Virus record (IMG/VR): IMGVR_UViG_3300025289_000029
Location: 1 to 61,576 of that record
Strand: one strand, 5' to 3'
Length of the DNA: 61,576 nt
Origin: a virus
Taxonomy: Duplodnaviria > Caudoviricetes
The position numbers and the translations under genes were made by a program. Positions 57,231 through 61,576 of the stretch are shown here, piece by piece. Each line of letters starts with the position of its first letter. Position 1 is the stretch's first letter. The notes beneath the pieces were generated by a model. The model did no database searches. It had not been told where the DNA came from and saw only the letters and a list, made by a program, of their open reading frames with translations.

Positions 57231-58761
57231 CGATCAGCCTCCTCAAATTCTCCCCGCACTCAGAGAAGTCTACCGAGACAACCATCCTGATATTGTCATC
57301 CTCAAAGCTGCACAGGTCTTCATCTCCGAATGGCTTATCAATTGTTGCCTCTGGGTGACTGAAACAGGCTACGCTGGCAGAGGTAACGGACTCTATGTGA
57401 TGCCTAATCAGGTTCACATGGATGACTTCAGCCAGGGTCGCATAGGTGAGGCCATCCAACAGTCTCCTTATCTTTCAAAGCGCGTTACCAGTAACCGTAC
57501 CCGACTGCGTAAGATCGCAGGTAGAGCACTCTATCTTCGAGGCTCAGAGACAGTTATCCAGACCCGTTCTATCGATGCCGACATCGTTGTCAACGATGAA
57601 GTCGACCTCTTCCAAGAAGGAGCCGTAGAAAAGTCCAAAGAACGCTTAGGCTCCTCCGTCTCCCCGCTTTATCGCGCTGCCAGCCAGCCTACTTACCCCG
57701 AAGTTGGCATCGATGTGATGTACGAAGAAAGTGACAAACGTAAATGGTTCATCCCCTGTGGTCGTTGTGGTTACGATCAAACACTTACCTGGGATGACAA
57801 CATCGAGTTCACCACTGACCTTCAAAATGTTCGTATCGTTTGCATGAAGTGTAAGAAGCCTTTGGACATCTCCGCTGAAGGTCATTGGGTTGCTGGATAT
57901 CCAGGTAGAGATGTGCACGGTTATCACGTTAATAAACTGCTCTCTCCGCGTGCAAATCTGAAACAGATGCTTGCCCGCTTCTCAGCCGTTGAAGATGTTC
58001 AAAAACTCCAGTCTTTCTACAATGCCGACTTAGGTATTCCCTACCGTCCTCGTGGTGCTAAACCAAGCATTACCGACTTCGTTCGTGAGAACTATATCTG
58101 GAAAGAACCAGCAGGTAGGGACTCTTACATGGGCGTTGATGTTGGAACTCGTTTACATATCAGCATCATCGGACGTGAAGACTCTCTGACACCCTATCGT
58201 CTGATTGAACAGGTCTACGTTTCAGAGTTCGATGAACTTGACGCTATCTTTCGCAGATACGACCCCAAGTTGACAGTTATCGACGCTCGTGGAGACCCTC
58301 GAAAGACTCTTGAATGGGCTCAGAGATACCCCTACAAGGTCTATCGCTGGCAACACCACCCAAGCAAGACAGAGCCAGCCTGGAACGATGACACTCAAGA
58401 GGTCATGTTCGACCGCACTGCCATGCTCGATCTAATGTATGCATGGCTCAGAGCCCAACCTCCCAGATGTATCCTCCATTCACACATCTCTCCAGACTTC
58501 ACCGCTCAGCTAACGGCGCTTGTCAGAGAGCTTGTAAGAAAAGGTGGTGACGAAGGTCGCTTAGTCCCTCGATACACGTCTGCACGTCCAGACCACTACG
58601 CTTTTGCACTGGCGTTTGCTATAATGGCGGCAGCAGAGTTTGGGTCTAGAAGTACAGCTCAGGTGCAGACTGTACACAAAGACGAGCTGGTTCGGACATC
58701 TGTTGGACGGATACTCCCACGTTGGACGGGCTCTGAGATAGCGAGGAGATCATGGCGCTAA
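57058..58761 (+). CDS. terL: Terminase large subunit, lambda gpA family; start uncertain
   Basis: KAAQVFISE, DEVD, SQPT, CGRCG/CMKC, LGIPY, MGVDVG, DHY. Confidence 0.88.
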   Translation: MPSIKRTSTPHQKSGPLSLHPKSQEYLRETLSKSILRPYQQEQTIDLLTWTAKYRRFNDQPPQILPALREVYRDNHPDIVILKAAQVFISEWLINCCLWVTETGYAGRGNGLYVMPNQVHMDDFSQGRIGEAIQQSPYLSKRVTSNRTRLRKIAGRALYLRGSETVIQTRSIDADIVVNDEVDLFQEGAVEKSKERLGSSVSPLYRAASQPTYPEVGIDVMYEESDKRKWFIPCGRCGYDQTLTWDDNIEFTTDLQNVRIVCMKCKKPLDISAEGHWVAGYPGRDVHGYHVNKLLSPRANLKQMLARFSAVEDVQKLQSFYNADLGIPYRPRGAKPSITDFVRENYIWKEPAGRDSYMGVDVGTRLHISIIGREDSLTPYRLIEQVYVSEFDELDAIFRRYDPKLTVIDARGDPRKTLEWAQRYPYKVYRWQHHPSKTEPAWNDDTQEVMFDRTAMLDLMYAWLRAQPPRCILHSHISPDFTAQLTALVRELVRKGGDEGRLVPRYTSARPDHYAFALAFAIMAAAEFGSRSTAQVQTVHKDELVRTSVGRILPRWTGSEIARRSWR

Positions 58762-58970
58762 TGTGTGTCTGTAAGGACGTTGGGCTGTTCAAACTCTTCT
58801 GGACTATACAGGTTGCTGAAGGTATCACTGCTGTCTATCTATTCTTGATGCCGTGTGCGCGTTGTAACCTCTCCGCGTATTCTACCTGGCTCGTAAGAAC
58901 TCACCCGAAGCTGTCTCAGCTCATCTCGAACTTGGTTAAACAGGAGACGGTCGTTGCCGCGACAGCCTAA
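58752..58970 (+). CDS. Small Cys-containing hypothetical protein
   Basis: Overlaps TerL and portal. Confidence 0.4.
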   Translation: MALMCVCKDVGLFKLFWTIQVAEGITAVYLFLMPCARCNLSAYSTWLVRTHPKLSQLISNLVKQETVVAATA

Positions 58971-60342
58971 GTCCACACCAAAACCTCATGTGCGGATCAG
59001 CTCAACCGGACTCAAGCGTCTCGGTGGGAGAATCTTTGAAGAGTTCCTTGCTGAGCTTAGGTTCCCACAGGGTCTTCGGGCCTATGATGAGATGCGCAAG
59101 AACTCCGGCGTCGTTGGAGGCTTCTTACGCGCTATCGAAGCCAGCTTCAGGTCAGTCCGCTGGTTTACTGTTCCCGCAGATGACTCGCCCCGCGCTACAG
59201 CTCATGCTGCATTTGCAGAGTCCTGTCGTCGTGATATGCGCCTGTCTTGGGCATCTTACGTCTCCGACTCGATCACTTTCCTGCCGTTTGGATTCTCAGC
59301 AATGGAGATGGTTTTCAAGAGACGTGAAGGTCGGCAAGGTAAACCGCCTTCAATGTTCAGCGATGGGATGATCGGTTTCGATGAAATCCCGCTGATAGGC
59401 CACGACTCGATTATCGACTGGGCGTGGGATGAGCAAGACGTTAACCGTCTATCAGGCATCTGGCAGATAGCGCCTCCCACCTACCAGCGGGTGATGATCC
59501 CACGTGAGAAGTTCATGCTCTTTCGCACCAAGGCTGAAAAGGATAACCCCGAAGGCGAAAGTATTCTGCGCCAAGCCTACTACGACTACTATTCTATGCT
59601 GAGGCTCGAAGCCGTAGAGTCGATCTCTCTTGAACGTACTGGCGCTGGTATACCTGTTGTGACACTGCCAAAAGGTGCTACGACCAAAGCTGATGTAACC
59701 TCCGGTAGCGACGAAGAAGCTGCTGAAGAACTCGTTCGCTCTGTCCGTGTTGACGAACAAGGTGGTGTTATCGAACCTGAAGGTTGGAAGTTCAGGTTAG
59801 AGCGGCCTAATGGACGTGTAGACCCACAGCTTTTTGACTTAGCTATCAAACGCCACCGCTCCAGTATGCTGATGTCTGTTCTTGCTGTCTTCCTTGAGCT
59901 TGGTACAGCCAGGGTAGGCTCCTTCGCTCTTGCCAGCCAAGGTCAAAACTTCTTTGAAGCAGCCTTCGAGGGCTACGTAATGTCCTTTGAGGAGACCTAC
60001 AACGAAGAGGCCCTTCCACTGTTGTTCGCTCTCAACGGCGTAACCGATCTCCTGCCTAAGCTGACTCACGTCACTGTCGCAGGCGCAGATATCTCAGCTA
60101 TCGTTGAGGCCGTCCAGCGGTTGACACAGGAAGGCTATCTTGACTCCACCGACCCGATGATTCAGAACTACCTGAAAGACCTTATTAGACTTCCGCGTGG
60201 TGACACTGCCAAGGAACTTGAGGATATCACCAGGCCCAACCAGCCCTCATCTAACGGTGCGAGCCCTGGTGGAATTAAGCGTGACGAAGACGAAGACGAA
60301 GAAGACGATAACGGCATCGCTGAAGACGAGCTTGTCCGATGA
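58954..60342 (+). CDS. Portal protein (DUF935/Mu gp29-like)
   Basis: FGFSAME.V.K; IPREKF..FR....NPEG.SILR; ERTGAGIP; GSFAL. Confidence 0.85.
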   Translation: MPRQPKSTPKPHVRISSTGLKRLGGRIFEEFLAELRFPQGLRAYDEMRKNSGVVGGFLRAIEASFRSVRWFTVPADDSPRATAHAAFAESCRRDMRLSWASYVSDSITFLPFGFSAMEMVFKRREGRQGKPPSMFSDGMIGFDEIPLIGHDSIIDWAWDEQDVNRLSGIWQIAPPTYQRVMIPREKFMLFRTKAEKDNPEGESILRQAYYDYYSMLRLEAVESISLERTGAGIPVVTLPKGATTKADVTSGSDEEAAEELVRSVRVDEQGGVIEPEGWKFRLERPNGRVDPQLFDLAIKRHRSSMLMSVLAVFLELGTARVGSFALASQGQNFFEAAFEGYVMSFEETYNEEALPLLFALNGVTDLLPKLTHVTVAGADISAIVEAVQRLTQEGYLDSTDPMIQNYLKDLIRLPRGDTAKELEDITRPNQPSSNGASPGGIKRDEDEDEEDDNGIAEDELVR

Positions 60343-60578
60343 GGTTGATTCTCAAGCCCAATGTTGTTCTTGCTGAACCCGTAGAGCTTCCCAGTTTGGT
60401 CTTCCTGCCTGACACAGTTCAAAGAACCGTTGTCTACGTTATACGGCAATCAGCGTATGCGGACGTGTCTATAGGTGATAAAGTCCTCTGCACACCGCAG
60501 GCTGGCCTGAAGATCAGGTCAAATGGGAGTCGCTTCGTTCTGTTAGACGCTGGTGACATCCTTGCGAGGTTGGAGTAA
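60339..60578 (+). CDS. GroES/Cpn10-like co-chaperonin
   Basis: LKPNVVLAEP...VSIGDKVL....G......FVLL...DILA.LE. Confidence 0.6.
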   Translation: MRLILKPNVVLAEPVELPSLVFLPDTVQRTVVYVIRQSAYADVSIGDKVLCTPQAGLKIRSNGSRFVLLDAGDILARLE

Positions 60579-61576
60579 GTGCCGTTCACGATACCTAACG
60601 AGCAAGACGCCCCTTTTATAGACCAGTCTGAGATCGACAAGGTTGATGTAGACATCCTCGTTGCGGCTCTCAAAGGCGACGGCGTTTTAACAGGTTGCGC
60701 CGTCGCCGCTCAAGGTGTCCCTGATATGACCGTTGCGGTAGCCTCCGGTACAGTCCAAATCGCAGGTGCGACTGTAACTGTTGCCGCAGGCAATGTCACC
60801 ATTACTGCTGCTGACCCAACCAACCGACGTTTTGACCTGATTGTAGTCGATAGCAGCGGTGTAAAGTCTGCTGTTGCAGGGCCTGTTGCTGCGACTGCGC
60901 TTCTACCTGCTATCTTCCCTTCTGTTCCAGCGGACAGTGTTGTGTTGGCCGCTATCTTTATACCAGCGGCGGACGCAGCGATTCAGAGCAACCAGATTAT
61001 AGGTAAGCAAGTGATCATCAGTGGTGCTCCCAGTGGTGCTCCCACGACGGCGGACTACCTTGTGGGTAGTGTGCAGGGTGGGCTTAGCGCGGAGATTGTT
61101 GTCGGCACGACCCCTGGCGGCGAGCTGGGCGGGACGTGGGGTGCGCCGACGGTGGATGCGGTTCACTCCGGCTCGGCGCACGTCTTGGCCCATAGCGGCT
61201 TGACCGGCCTCGACGCGCCCGCCGACGACCACACGCAGCACCCTCTCCTCGTGGGCCGCGATCCCCCGCAAGACCTCTCCGGTGGCACACTGACGGGGCA
61301 GCAGTTCATCCTCCACGCCAACGCCTTTGACGCTACCGGCGTCCTGACGCTCGACCCCACTACGAGCACTCTCTCTAGCAGCCTGACCCTGGCCGTGGCT
61401 ACAGGGCTGCTGACGGCTGGCGTGCTTGGTGTCAAGACCAACATCATCATCGAGAGGACAGCGGCGGCGGGTGTCACCATCGACACCGCGCTCATCAAGG
61501 ACGGCTCGTTCCAGATTCCCGCAGGCATAAACGTAGGTCTCAAGGATAGTAATGGAAACCTGGTTCTTGACATCAG
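60579..61576 (+). CDS. Tail fibre/minor tail-like protein (runs off window; not in ORF track)
   Basis: GTG 60579: PFTIPNE...GVLTGCAV...DMTVAVASG...ADPTNRRFDLIVVD; no stop before 61576. Confidence 0.7.
   Translation, partial: MPFTIPNEQDAPFIDQSEIDKVDVDILVAALKGDGVLTGCAVAAQGVPDMTVAVASGTVQIAGATVTVAAGNVTITAADPTNRRFDLIVVDSSGVKSAVAGPVAATALLPAIFPSVPADSVVLAAIFIPAADAAIQSNQIIGKQVIISGAPSGAPTTADYLVGSVQGGLSAEIVVGTTPGGELGGTWGAPTVDAVHSGSAHVLAHSGLTGLDAPADDHTQHPLLVGRDPPQDLSGGTLTGQQFILHANAFDATGVLTLDPTTSTLSSSLTLAVATGLLTAGVLGVKTNIIIERTAAAGVTIDTALIKDGSFQIPAGINVGLKDSNGNLVLDI

Noticed and set aside
60903-61573. Minus-strand ORFs near the window end
   Set aside because: Antisense to the open + strand fibre-like ORF starting at 60579
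1-61576. Integrase, tRNA genes, alternative genetic code
   Set aside because: No recombinase motifs or cloverleafs recognised by eye; long genes are intact under code 11

Overview
The window is most of a tailed dsDNA phage genome (Caudoviricetes, siphovirus-like, no tail sheath seen), shown circularly permuted; both ends fall inside genes and some sequence is probably missing between them. Modules: head and tail genes (1.4-18.5 kb); replication and nucleotide metabolism (PolA, family-4 UDG, macrodomain, ERCC4 nuclease, split class II RNR, AAA ATPase, PD-(D/E)XK nuclease, primase-helicase; 18.5-34.4 kb); small accessory genes, a DNA methylase and a MoxR-AAA/VWA pair (34.4-49.7 kb); HNH, holin, TerS, gpA-type TerL, portal, GroES-like gene and the start of a fibre-like gene (55-61.6 kb). 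I saw no integrase, tRNA or CRISPR array. Two GAAC-N4-GTTC boxes suggest a Chloroflexota, Actinomycetota or Bacillota host. The strongest signal is a ~1.8 kb segment (50871-52660) with no CCA/TGG and no GATC, next to a non-coding array very rich in TTGG and CCAA(T/C)GTTGG; a second such array lies at 43.3-43.6 kb. I read this as a possible first-injected, defence-evading, staged-entry end of the genome. The second strongest is a prohead-protease polyprotein carrying a Dam-type methyltransferase, a degenerate MBL fold and a HiPIP-like motif split by an insertion. All calls come from reading motifs by eye; no database searches were run.
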